Of a stretch of DNA of 64,000 nt, positions 29,363 through 43,000 are shown piece after piece; positions within the stretch are counted from its first letter, which is position 1; each line of letters opens with the position of its first letter. The position numbers and the translations under genes are program-made. Below the pieces are notes generated by a model that was not told the DNA's origin, ran no database searches, and was given only the letters and a program-made list of their open reading frames with translations. This stretch comes from Phoronis australis (taxonomy: Eukaryota > Animalia > Phoronida), in NCBI GenBank assembly GCA_002633005.1, contig NMRA01000021.1, positions 1,519,392-1,583,391 on the forward strand. The letters are read 5' to 3'.

Positions 29363-29502
29363 AAGGGAGTGAATCTGACATGTTTTCATTTAATAACTGC
29401 ATCGACAACTTCCTGATGTGCATGCACGTACGGTAATTTTCATTTAATTTTTAATGCTACTAAACAAGTTTTACTTTCTGACCAACTGATATTCAGGCGT
29501 GC

Positions 29503-29640
29503 GTTCAGTAACGCTAGGACCTACGCTAGGACCTAGCTAAAACCTAGCCAACGTCACCTGCTCTCATTTAAAATACACGGCAATATCTCACGTAATCTCG
29601 CAAAGTCTTGCTTTTTAGCGAGGTTCTAGTGTTATTGAAC
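29503..29640. mobile_element. 138-bp MITE, copy B
   Basis: Ends gttcagtaacgctaggacct and aggttctagtgttattgaac. Paralog of 27336-27473. Confidence 0.75.
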
Positions 29641-29777
29641 GGTAGCCAGGTTGATTGGACCGATAGAACCAGGGGAATGCGCTACTGAGGAAACACAATG
29701 CATGGACGGTGCATACATCGGCCACACTTCGCCCATTAATAAGTTTCTTCATCGCCTGGTCCATCTCCTAAAAACTA

Positions 29778-29849
29778 TGCGTCAGCCGGGAATCGAACAC
29801 AGATCAACTGCTTGGAAGGCAACTATGCTAGCCATTACACCACTGACGC
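29778..29849 (-). tRNA. trnG-UCC: tRNA-Gly (TCC), copy 4, variant and possibly degenerating
   Basis: Two substitutions relative to copy 1: T-stem CTGTG/CCCGG (T:C mismatch) and D-loop GGCTA instead of GGTTA. Confidence 0.8.
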
Positions 29850-32800
29850 TGTTAAGATTCCAACGCACAGTGCACGCTCGACAAAATACCCACACGCAGT
29901 TGCGTTTGCATGTACACATGTATATGTACAATATAAGCGACTTTTCTGTACAGAGTGAGTAAATGCAGTGACATTTTTTTCACATGCGGAATGATGAAAC
30001 GTCATTTCACTCATTAAAATTTGTGAGCTACGTTTCAAGGCATTGTGCTCTATTTCTCAAATTTTACCAAATATCCATTTCCGAGCCTCGTTTGTCACTG
30101 CAGGAACTGAAACCGAGGCGTCAACAGCCGAGTCATCATTTGCATCGTTGCTAGGCGACATGAAAATGGCCGACGCAGAAGGTGTGATCAAGACAGCGTG
30201 AAATAAAAAAACAGGGCTATCTCACGAGTGTACGTGAGGAAAGGTGAAGGAGCCAACTTTTAAGCCGCGTGGACGTGCATACCACTTTGTGATCGTAATG
30301 GTCTCCGTGATCTTTTGTGATCGTAAAGCTTATGAGAACCATCTTACGGTATATCATATTTTCACATGCATTCCCACTAACCAACGCTTCCAAGGTGTGT
30401 GTGTACGAAAAGTAACGAGTATACTAAAACCAGGGCAAATTGTCTATTCCAGTTGTATTTTGATTTAATAGCGTCCGCCGGTCTTAATAATGGTAAGGTT
30501 GTTAGTGTCAGATTTTTCAGATAAAAGTCACCATATTGTCAACGATGAGAAATCTTGTTTGCGTTGGATCAGCCAGTGTTCTCGACTTCCCATTTCCATG
30601 ACGACAAAAGCTAAATACCTCAGCGTCAAGCATTGACTCGGTTCCTCTCCCCTGAACAAGAACGTTTTGCAGACGCGGGGAAAATAATTTTGGTTGGCCC
30701 CTAAAGATATTCTTTCGCCAAAAACAAAGGATGAGCTTCGTTAGTCGACAGAATGACTATTCTAAACATTGCATATATTTCATCCCTGTTTGTGTTTGAT
30801 TTATTTCGCTATTTTTTCTATATATTTTTCAAAAGCGTGGGTGTTTTCCACGGAAACCTCATTGCATAGCACGACAGTTGTGTGAGTACCCGTATCGCGT
30901 GAGTCAGCTGTCACTCACTAAGGCGGCTATTTTATGTGATGGTGCACCATTAAAATAAGTACTCAAATAAAAATTATATTAAATTCGGTTAAATTTGAAA
31001 ATATTTGGAATTGTGTTGAATGAGTGTTATTGGAGAATAAAGGGCAAACTATCTTTAAAACAATTCCAGGCGAAAGTACCATCTCGCAACGTTTAGCACA
31101 GAGTAATTCACTTTTCACTGTGATGAAATTTCCATGACAAAAATTTGGTCAAGTATGAACAAACTATAGGTGTAAGCTCAATAAAGTATATGTCAGCTAA
31201 AGTAGAAAGTCTGTAAACTTCCAGTGATTTTTAACTTCATGTGAGCCTCCTTCTAATTGGGTCACGTGGCCACGTCTTGAGTGAAATTAAGTACAAGAGA
31301 AAGGTGCATTCGTAGCTAAGCAACGGTAACAATAACACGACCAAATGTCGTGTGATACAATGTATGAACGTTTCATTTGGAATCTCAAAACGTTTTCAAG
31401 TTTTTTTAATTCAATGCCTCATTTCATGTGATTTTTGATTTTTACAGAAAAATCAGAAAAATCCTATTTTTAGATAACCCTTCATACAAAAGCAGAACGT
31501 TTTAACTACGAGCAGAGTTTTGGAGATCAGTAGGCAAAGCAAGTTCAAGTGAATTCAATCAGCCATTCGAGAAACAATATTCCTAATTTAACCAAAATGG
31601 ATTTTTTTTCTACACATAAAATTATGGTGCGGAAAATGTTACTTTAATATAACGTATTTCCTAAAAGTGCATGCCTATACAAGAAAAGCATTTACGACTC
31701 ATTGTCTGCGGAGGGTCCGAGGGCGTTTGATGGCTGCACAATGCCTTCGAAATTCGATGGTACTTGAAAAGGACCAATGGTTGATGGTAAGATTTATTGA
31801 TAATCGGCTGCAACAACTAAACAGTAATTTATTCGGAAACCAAGCTAATCTAAAACAACGGGGCTTTAATGAACGTTTCCTAAACGATTAGTTCTAACGT
31901 GGAAATTAGATGCAACGATACCTAATTACTAAGATGGCTGCCGTAACGCGCCTAATAAAGGCTAAGCGACGGTGACAACCGTGTGACAATTGAATCAAAC
32001 CCGGCAGGTAAACGAGATTGAATTACAGGTAAGCTGCAGGTGTCTCGGTCTGTGCGCTACAACGTAGAAGCGGCAGCTATAAATGGGAACGGTGGGGGTA
32101 AATGAAAATGACTACTATACTGTGTCACTGATGGAACCAGTCGGCGGTTATTCAAAACGTGGCCGCTTCCAAAAATAATAGGGGCAAAGCGACTAAAGCG
32201 CTCACAACTTGCTACGTTATATTGGAAGTTTTGGCTAATTGAGATGTGACAAAAAGTCTAGATATGTGCTGCTGGGTACACGTGTCAAATTTTTAACAGC
32301 GCGAATAATAATTCCAAATTTCACACGATTTGAGCTACAACCTGTACACGAAAGCAGCATTTGTCATAACATGACCAGAGGAAATTGGCGGGAATTCCGC
32401 GTGAGTGTGATATTTGCCTCAAACGGTCTCTCGCGTTTATCCTGGTCTGACCGCCGTCATGTGTTTAACTGAACAGAAATCCCATCCTCATTGTATATGC
32501 ATATAGCGCAAAGTACCAGCGGTCCCCATGACATTTCTCTTATTTCAGGAATCTGCGGATGTCTTCACCATGACTACGGCAGCTGTCAGTTGGACACAGA
32601 GGCGTTTGTCACAATGAGACTCACCCACCTCAATTTTTGTCAACAAGGCAATTGAGCCAAGGGGATTGCATCGGATTGTGAATCGTAAGAGCGGTGAACT
32701 ACACTACTGAAGCAAGGGAGCGCTTTTATCGTGACCCGTGTAACTAGTGATTTACCGTCGACAAACTAGCGTTTATCCGATTTCAACAGGTCATCGTGAG

Positions 32801-34414
32801 CAAGTGATTTTATATTTTAGGCTGCGGTACCGTAAAATTGAGATATCTATATTACAGGAACCATAAAACTTGCGGGTCGGGGCTACCGCACCGCGACAGG
32901 GTGGGGAACTGGCGGTAACCAGAAGGCTGAAAAACTGCGATTCGTGAAATTTGAATAATTCCTGCGTCTGGAACCGTGAAATCATCCGTTCATTTCCCTG
33001 AGAAAAATGAAAAGTATTGTCCCTCTGAGCTCACCAAGTGCGTACTGGTCAAACCTTACTGTTTCTGAATTGAAAGAGACAAATGTTGATGTAGCACTAA
33101 AGCATTCACTGTAAGCAAATACTCATGCACACGAACAGCGCCCTCTGCGAGCAATATGGACATCTAAGTTGAGATCATCGCTGATTGGTACGTGACTAAA
33201 TAACCCAACCGGAGCTATAAAGGTGTACAGTGTACGTGTTTGGTTCTGTAAGCTTTCCTATACGGAAACGCCAGTGAACAAAAAATTGATTTATTTCACG
33301 AAGTAACTGAATCCTGACAAACTGTAAAAACTGAGACAACAAAACAAAAACAATAGTAAATTATCACTGAAAATTAATACATTATCACAGCAATAGCATG
33401 CAGACTGTTAAGTTCACACAAATACAATCTAAGAAATGGTTTACGAATTGCACCCTAATAATTTCCTGATTGTAATATCTTAAAACCGTTACAATAGTTC
33501 CACGGTTCTAATAACGAAAACACCCACTCAGCCAATATAAAAAGTTACACGGCTCCACTTTCTTTCCTCTGACAAGCTAATACACACTGCGATGACTTCC
33601 GTTATGAGGCGATGTTGCCCAGTTCTTACTGGGCAAATCACTTTGCAAGTCGCCTAGGCCATAGATGTCGCTGTTCTTGAACAAACTGACCAACACAGAC
33701 TGCAGTGTAGCAAACCAGGTAAAACCTAGCCAATCTTAATAGAGACGTGAGTTGCTGTATAATGAAACACAAAAGTCGTGCCGTAGACAGATACTATGGG
33801 CCTAATAGGTTATATGGACTTCATTACTGAGACCAACATTTCTCTCAATTGGTCCAAATAACCTGGCATAGCCCAGAGGATCGGTTCGTACTTGTATAGT
33901 CTTGTTTTTTTCCAAACATCCGGGATGTGTACAAAACATAAAATTTGCCTAGCTCATCTTCACTCAGAATTAATAGCCCCTGATTTGTGAGTTTAGATGG
34001 AATGCCTAATTACAGAGATGTTGAAAATGTTTAGATTAAATGCATATAACATTTTTGATCAGAAACAATTCTGTGCTATCTTCCAATCAAATCTATGAAA
34101 ACAAGAGCATTTATATTTTGGCATCTTTGAAACGTATTTCCCAAAGATTAGCTGGGGGTGCTTGATGCTTTTATTTTATTAAATCACATCTTCCCACCAG
34201 GTGGTACAGTGTGCAGGGCATCGACCTGTTTTGTGTATCAATTCACAACACCATCAATCTTACACATTGGATAATTAGACAAGAATACATTCATAAAGTT
34301 ATGCAATTTCTGAATTTAATGGAGAAATAATGTAAAGATGCATAATTACCAGCTTAAATCAAGATTTTAGACAAGTTTCTGGTGTCTTTTATGACACCAC
34401 TGGTTCTTTTCAAT

Positions 34415-34658
34415 CAAAGCAACTACACATGGCTATCACAAAGCAACTACACATGGCTATCACAAAGCAACTACACATGGCTATCACAAAGGAACTACAC
34501 ATGGCTATCACAAAGCAACTACACATGGCTATCACAAAGCAACTACACATGGCTATCACAAAGCAACTACACATGGCTATCACAAAGCAACTACACATGG
34601 CTATCACAAAGCAACTACACATGGCTATCACAAAGCAACTACACATGGCTATCACAAA
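34415..34658. repeat. 24-bp minisatellite, ~10 near-perfect copies
   Basis: Unit caaagcaactacacatggctatca, with one copy reading aggaac. No spacers between units. Confidence 0.97.
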
Positions 34659-36420
34659 ACGTGAATAATATAAACCTCAAAATGACAACAACACGAACAA
34701 TTACATTATAAGAATACCATCACTAATGATAAAATAATCAGAATTACTTCACAAAACAAATAAAGTTCAGAATAATTACAAAATATATTATTATGTATAT
34801 TTCTCAACAAAGTGATCATTAACAACATGCCAAAGACTAAAAACGAGTAAATGATATCTAATGCATTCTCAAATAAAATAAGATTTCCTAAAAATCATTT
34901 CAATTAAAAGTAGATGCAATTGATACATGTTGTAATGATTATTTGAATTTGTAATTAACATTCAAAAACTCACATGCCATGGGGTGGCATTCATCCCATG
35001 GGACATTTGATCCTCACCTAGGACTTTCCACTGTCCCATGTGAGTTTTTTCAAATGAGCCATGCCACAATCAAAATGGCACATGTCATAATTGAAATGTG
35101 TTAAACTGTGACAAGGGTGTTTTATTCCTGTGACTTTCTATTCAACAACTGATTTTAATTAAAAGTTTGGGATTTTAATGAGCAATTGGACTGCTTTTAA
35201 GCACACGGTCAAATTGTTACAATATTTGTCATTCCATTATTTGTCTTTGTCAAGTCATGATGATGGAGTTATGCTAGGGCTGATGTGTTCAATTTGTTCA
35301 CTTTAGACAGTAAACGAACAATTCACACACTGTCACAATGTCAAAACTGTCCCCTCACAAATTTCTAAAAATATTCTAGGAGACATGAAATCATAGTGAA
35401 TCCTTCCTTCTCACCAAGACTGCCCATTTGTCTACATATGCCAGTCATGCTCATCAACAGTGTATCTCTTTTTACACCATCAATAGTTTGTTAACACTTC
35501 ACTAGCTACATAACGTAGAGCACTGTACCTCAGCAAACAAAATGCTATACTCATCCATTCTGATCCAAGGATACCAAGTTATAATAAAGCAATTGGTTCT
35601 ACACCACGTCACTGTAGGCGATGAGTGAATAATAAATCACAACCTTTCGATGACACACCGCACCAGTCACACTCATCTCATATTTTTTTCTGTTCTTTTT
35701 CAAAACAGCCATGTCACACAGTTGCAAAGTTTCGAAAATTATTCCACATGTCGAATCATAACCACAATCTTTCATTTTCACCAAGACTGCCCATTTGTCT
35801 ACATTTGCCACAGTTTTACATGCACTACATCGTCCATTCTTTTAACTGAATTGACTGGCAACATACTAAGTGATGTCTTGGTTGGCAAAAGTCTTATTCC
35901 CTATCACTTAACACTATATTGTAGGGCTATATCCCAAATGTATATTTGGATGTACAAACAGAAATTGGTGCCCAATGCAAACCACATTTGTTATGTCCAT
36001 TTCCCATTGGTGATAACCCGACTCAAACAAGAGATAGAAATATTTTGGTTCTCAGGAAGCCATATATCCACCTAAACCATCTAGCCAGCTGTATTATAGA
36101 GACCTCAAAAACTGGCACCATCCATTACTGCCATTCATCCGCACCCATGTGCAGGGGTTAGGTGTATACTCTTCAAAATATCTAATACGCAACGTTGAAT
36201 GAAATGACCATACAAAAACTCTGAACATATTGTAAATACAATGAATACTATATATTAATTAATATAAAAGCAGAAATAAATACACCAGTGCTAAACAAAG
36301 TAGACTGAAACAAACTCAGTGCAAGGTTGTTGGAAGTGAGGGGGAGTGGGGCTAATGCTGCGCAGTGGCAGATTCATAGTGACCTTTTTCACGTGCGTTC
36401 ATTCCTCAGACCTTGCCAAT

Positions 36421-36598
36421 AATTGACCTATCGCCAGGATTTTGAGTGACGGCTTAACTCACCAATCAGAATGCAGCATTTTTGACACACTTTCGTTTCC
36501 AAGCCGCCATTTTACCCGACACACAACACATTGACAGCTAAAACATATTGTTTGTTTGTCGACATTTCTCAAGGGGACAGAGCTTGCGATAGGTCAGT
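36421..36598. mobile_element. MITE-like element with short terminal inverted repeats
   Basis: attgacctatcgccag at the left end and cttgcgataggtcagt at the right end are near reverse complements. Confidence 0.5.
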
Positions 36599-37086
36599 AT
36601 GGTGCTTACCTTCCAACACACTTTTGTAGTCTCTATTTCTTCTTGGTTATACAATGCTATACGACTCTCCTGGGGAACATTCTATCAAAGATCGTTAACT
36701 CAGTCACAGGAAACTCTTTACATTGAACTAACACGTTCTGCACATTTAGACAGCACACCGTGGCATTTGCGACTGTCTTAGATACGACTGGGATTACGAC
36801 CACAGATAAAACAGGTAGGGAATTCTTCACCAATTTCAGCACACAAATGAAATTTGGACAAATGAAATTTTGTTTTGTCAAAACTTTCTAGGGAGCATAA
36901 TCAAAATTTAGTCCATTGTTAGCTAGGTTAGCACTGTGTAGATCATGTCGCTAAACAATATTTGGCAATTGAAGCTCCCATAATTTACAGCCAGTTAATC
37001 ACCCTTAATGACAGTTATGGCAATTGCTTATGTGCGAAACAAGGAGAGAATTCCTGCACCCTGGTGCTGGTATATTAAAATCATTT

Positions 37087-40000
37087 TCAATAAGACATTT
37101 TAAATTTTAGAAGATATCTCATTCTACACTGGCTCTCTTTGTAGACAAGGTATTCACTTTGTCCAAAGCTACTCCCAGAAAACTCTGTCTGCTGTATGGC
37201 CTTACCCTGGGGCACAACAATGGGTTTACCATCCAGCTTGATAGATGTGTCCAGAGAGGGATCTGTTGAAATAGAAAGAATATTGTGTCATCACCTGTCA
37301 TTTTAGGCTTGGACGGTGTAACTGGTGGCGAAGCCTCTTAAAATTTTGCGAACAATTGTAAATCATCCGTGTCCTTCACACAAAAATTGGCCTTTTGAAA
37401 TTGACAAGCAAGGCCAGTATAAGTATGTCTTTGTGAACCCTTTGTCCCAGTTGGCCTGTGTAAGTCAATACAAGAACAGAATTAAAGTCCTGGCTCAGTT
37501 TCAATACACCCACTGGATGACATGCTGCAAACGATGGTACTTCTCCTTCACCCAGGAAAAATAACTTGTAAATAAGAGGTAGAGATGTCACTGTTAAGTC
37601 TTATGTACATAATTCAAATTTCACATCAGGTAATTTAAAGTTACGTAGGAACTTATCAAAAAGTTTGTGCATTTAGCCAAATATCCAATATAAATCTGCA
37701 GAATTTAAGTCAGAGAATATGTATTTTCTGAAAGCAGTTTGATTTTTTTATGTACACCAAACTACAACCACTTGGATCTCATGACCATGTCTTTTTAGCG
37801 GAACTGAGCAAAAACATTCACAGCCAAATAATGACATCAGTGACACGACCAACTTTCATTTTCTAGAAATGTCCAAGATAAAATTTAACAAACGCTGCAG
37901 AGGTTTCTAAATTAACACCTTGTCTTTGTTTCATACAATGTTTGATTTTTCACACAAATTAGAAAAATCCTAATCTGATGGCTTCTCATGAAAAAGTGGA
38001 ACATTTAAAAAAAAAATTCTTACACTTTGAAGAACAGTGCATAAAGCACGTCTCATATGAATCCAACCAGTTATTTCTAAGTCAGATATGATGTTCCAAA
38101 TGCAGCCAGATTTAGTCCTTTTTCTAGGGTCTTACATAAAGTTTAAAACAAAATACTATCTTCAATGCAACAAAGCAGCTGATTGGTTCGTCAAACTCGG
38201 AGGTAAAATTTGAACAACTTCCAGCCACTACTACATAACGCTTACTCAAGACTCATCAATCTACATCCAAATTAATGTGCTTCTTCAAAAAATCTTTTGC
38301 TCCAGTATTTGAGATACATGAACATGCAACACAAGCAGTATATATCATCATACACCTATCATTAAGTCAATCTTATCTATGTCTTAGGAACATTCTTTAT
38401 ACGTTTTTGTTTATTTAATAAGAATAGTTAATATTACAGAGAATGTATGGACACATGATGTGGCCAACAGGTGGCGTGCAGACCAGACATAAACATTTTT
38501 GCGATAAACTTCAAGTGACTAACAGCACATACCGGGTTCCGTCCTTCCCCTGGCGATGATGCTATCAAAGCCTTGTGGTGCCCTCTTCAGGCTGGAGTCG
38601 TCGCGTGTGATGTGGTGTTCCTTGCCCAGGGCTACCTCGTTCAGGAACATGATTCCTGTCTTCTGTTTACCATGACCGGCTGGCCGGACTGTACACAAGA
38701 AAACGTAACAATTAAAAAGAGTGAGCCGCAACACGTTTTTTCAAAATTTCCTTAAAAAGTCAATAACAAGTACTGAATAAATCAAGAGAACAATAACTGC
38801 CTGTTATCAAAAAATAGTTCCTTACACAATATATAAATGATATGTAAACTTGAGAAGAATATTTATTTGAACTTTGGAAAAGCAGTCCTAAAACATTTGA
38901 CTGTGAAACAGGTCAGAAATGATCCTTACTTAGTACATAGAAATCCAAATGCATTTTCTGCTGGCTTGCTTCGTTTTAGTTTAAAAGCACAACTTGACAT
39001 ACTGCTGTTCGGCTAAACTGAACCACCAAAAGAAATTCTAATAATGTCCCAGAACAGACAGTTTGTTGTCCCTTGGAAAAAGGGTCGTTAGGCTGCTTGT
39101 CATGTCAGGTTTATTACAGCCACTGAGGCAGTATGGAAATTCCAGTCGTTTTATTAGAACCAGTTCCGGAAGCAAAAAAAATATATGGCAAGTCTTCAAG
39201 TGTCCACCCTAATAAATGTGTCAGAAGAGAAAGTGACTTTGAAATTACAAATAAGGTCCAACAGGGCTGCTGAGACGGTCTGACCTGTCAAAACATGGTG
39301 AATTATCTTAAATGTCAAGAACATGAAAATACTCCTGTTTATATGATGTTCTGGGCAAAAGGGTCACAGTCAGGAGACTAAGGTGACTCCCGAAGCCAAC
39401 ACACGGTGTTACGTAATATGTATACAGATTAGACTGATGTGAACAACAAGCATAACACAATCTTCAAGAACCAAACAAAATCTCAACGTTCATGGACCAA
39501 AGCCAGTCAAATGTTCACGTACCATACATAGCAGACTTCATGTTCTCCGAGGCAAAGTAGATACCCTGTCCCACGCGTCCACCACTATGCGGCATGATTC
39601 GCAGACCACTTTTCAAAATGGCCGCCACGACAGCAACATTAGTTCCATGCCACAGCAGTTTCCTGTTTGCCAGCTTGTCATGCACCCGGAATCGTTCATT
39701 CTAAAAATGAAAACACAATAAGTATGCAGTAGAACGCAGTCATCTCAGTTAATTGCAAGACAAATGTAATCAGGCAAACTATCGCGATGGCCACTTCTGT
39801 TAGCAACAAAAATTACAGGTTGCAACAATCAGGGCAGCAAAAATCTAGTTACAGAATGGTTTGGCTACCATAGTAACATTCCTGCTAATTCCCCCTCTTC
39901 CTCAATCCCAAGACAAGACTACTCTGACCATGAATTCAGCTTCTGCCCAGCCATCATGACAGAGAATTCTGGGTAATTTTGTCTGAATACTTTTGGCCTG

Positions 40001-43000
40001 TACTGGTCACAGACCAGGGAGAGGGAAGATCTGTGCAGTTATCATCAGGCATTCATAAAATGGCTGCCACTAAATGGTCTTCATAAACCGCTTCAAAATT
40101 TTGGAAAGTTAAAATTTAAGTCTTCAACAACATTATCTACACGTTTCTTAGAAATTCATACTTTAAGCTGCTAATTTAGATTTGTAATAAACTAACAGGA
40201 AATGTGGAAACAAACCCAGAAATTTGGAGTAGCAAAACAACAGACTTAAGGCTATCTAGGACCTTAATATGTGACCTCAACTTTAAGACAAATTATCGAA
40301 AAAGCTAAATATGCTTTGTCAACCATTGAAAGTATATTTTCTGAAAGAAGATTAGATTCTAAAAAATAAATATGCATCTTACTACTGTGTCTTTCTCATT
40401 GTCACGTGTCCAGTAAGTCAAATTTTCATGTGCAACAATGGTAAATTCATAGCAAAATAACCCCCCACTGATTTTACTAAAACTTTTTGAGTGAAAACTT
40501 TACGTTATGTCTCAAAACGCTGTGAGGAATTTTTGATAATTCACTTAGTTTGGTTTTGCGTCAAATTAATTTGCAAAACACAAGGCATTTTTGTAAAAAA
40601 ACAGCAGTCTTATTCGTATATCCACGAGGTCATTTATTAAGTCCTAAACAAACTTAGAAACTTAGCGCAGGAGAGTCTCTTGCATCTGTAGTACATGACA
40701 ACCACAATTCACCTCTCCTTTCCTGTCAATAGTCCAGACATCGTCCAGCTCCATTTTGAAGTATCCCCCAGCTTTTGTGGATTCAAAGTACTTCTCTATC
40801 ACCTGAAAATGAATATCAAATTTTTCAAAGGCCATGAAATGAATTGTACAAACCTCCTCCGTATTATTTTATTCTAATAACAAAATCATCCACTCCAAGT
40901 ATGACATTTCGAAAACATTTAAAAAATTTAAGTCAGAATGACTCAAAAATAGCAGGGTCTTTTCAAAAGTCGGTGGACGGTGTTAAAACAAGCACCCAGG
41001 GGGCACTTAATGAACTCAAAAGCAGGGGCGTTGGGCGTTAAAATAAGCAGCGAGCATTCACATGACAAAATATGGCAATACATTATGTTAATAAATCTAT
41101 ATTTAGAGAGGACAGAACCTGAAACTCCTTTTCCTTTTTGGCCATCAGTCGAAGGTCACAGTTCAAAAGTTCATAGTTCACATCCAGAGGATGAGGGACC
41201 TCTGCTTTTTCCTCTGCCACCTTTTCAGCACTCTTCTCCATACTCTGAGCTAATTCAATATCAGCAAGAACCTGCCATTGAAACATGCCAACTCATTAGG
41301 TCACCACTTGTGACGACACGATAGCAAAGACATTACACTTTGTGAGAAGCTTTTCACTCACTTGCGAGGAAGGAAATGTATTCACTACAAGTCGACGAGA
41401 ATTTTTATTATGCTGTTGCCAAGGCAGTGGCAGATCTACATTTTCAGTAAGGGGGGTTTAGGATTCGAGCAAATCCGAAGCGCGTAGCGCCAAGCGCAAG
41501 GAAGGTTGGGAGAGGTTTTACTCCTCCCGTGTAAGATTTTTTTGTGGTTTTTAGTAGCTAATTTCATTTTTCTGGCAAAATTTTTTTCAATTTTTATTTT
41601 TGGTCCTTTCAAGAGGGGGGGTTTGAACCCTCTGAACCCCCCCTGTAGATCCGTCTCTGAAAGCCAAAACAATATTTTTTTTTATAATTCAGGGCAATCA
41701 GACTTTTTCTTCACAGCTGGCTCGTCTTAATGATTTGTATCTTACAAACAACGCAATTCTTATATTACAAAAGATTTATCTCCATAGCCAAGCCCATTTG
41801 TAGGATAGAGTCTGGCTTCTCAATGCAAGTCGTAATGTTTAAAGTAGTGCCCCGTGTCTGAGTGTTATAGACCTCATCACCGGCTTCTCTATGCAAAACA
41901 TAATGTTTAAACTAGCGCCCCCTGTTTGAGTGTAAGAGGCCTCGTCATTAGAACAGAAGCAAAGGAGTTACTGTGTATGAACATAATTACTCAAAATGAG
42001 AAATTGCATTCACGACAAAACTATACCATGAATAGAACAATCATTTCTTACATACCATATCTGGGACACATCAAGTGACCTACAGGTAATTATAGATCAT
42101 GTAATGTGACAAATATATGGTGAGTAGTTACGTACACTGTATCAATGCGGTAATTGCACAATTATAAAATCATTAATATGTTAGTTACATTGAGCAGGCC
42201 AATATAGCTGCTATATTCAAAAGGGAAATAACGTTTCACACAAGGCCAGTACCGGAAGTTTAAATTCCAATTTCATTTTGCGATCCTAACAAATGAGATA
42301 GCATTTCTTGTTTTCTACAGTAACAGGGTTGTGTGAAGATGTCACAGTTGTTTTTGGCTAAAAATTTGAAGTTGGCCTTTTTCGAGAAGTTAATTTCAAT
42401 ATCCTGGAAGTTAATGAGAAAGAAATATTGCACGCCCTCAACATATAATAATCTGTTATTTGACACTAGACATACCAATAACATATCCATCTTCTGACGG
42501 ACAGTCTCGGCTGTCTGGATTGTTGGGGGTCTCTGTCGTCCAAAGTCATGCGGAATAAGTGTGTAAAAATTTGATGACAACTGTTGAAGCTTTGCTGCGT
42601 TGACTTTTTTGGAATTCAGACTTTTCTCGATTTCTTCCAAAACCTCGAAGCCCTTAGCAATCTGAGTCTTGCTCAATTTACCCAGTGGCATCTTCTTTAC
42701 ATCTGGAATGATAATAATAATAATAATAATAATAACAATAATAATAATAATAAATATCTTTATTTTGAACAGAATGTCCTCCATGACTTGAGAGAATGAG
42801 GTGCAAATGGAATTAAAAACTAATTGCTCTGCATCAATATAAAATTTGTCATTTTAAAATAGTGCTATTAAGTAATACATTAGAAAAGTAAACAAAAATT
42901 TATTCAGTAACATAAAAGGGCCCTTGAGGAGGCAGTGTGGCCTAGTGTGATAGGCGCCCGTTTTCTTCACTCGAGGTCGTGGGTTCAAGTCCCACTAGTC

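Noticed and set aside
27633-29962. Repeated ORFs containing MRQPGIEPRSTAWKATML
   Set aside because: These are antisense translations of the tRNA-Gly genes.
34382-34711. Repetitive ORFs (SQSNYTWL, MAITKQLH, VIAMCSCF) or a possible CRISPR array
   Set aside because: This is a pure 24-bp tandem repeat with no spacers. It is open in several frames only because the unit length is a multiple of 3, and the context is eukaryotic.
42703-42784. Poly-Ile hydrophobic N-terminus on ORF 42260..42784
   Set aside because: It is an intronic (ATT)n microsatellite read in frame with PARP3 exon 5, not a signal or transmembrane segment.
42926-43000. Additional tRNA gene
   Set aside because: A and B boxes are present, but there is no proper cloverleaf or acceptor stem, and the sequence continues into a SINE-like body with a TSD.
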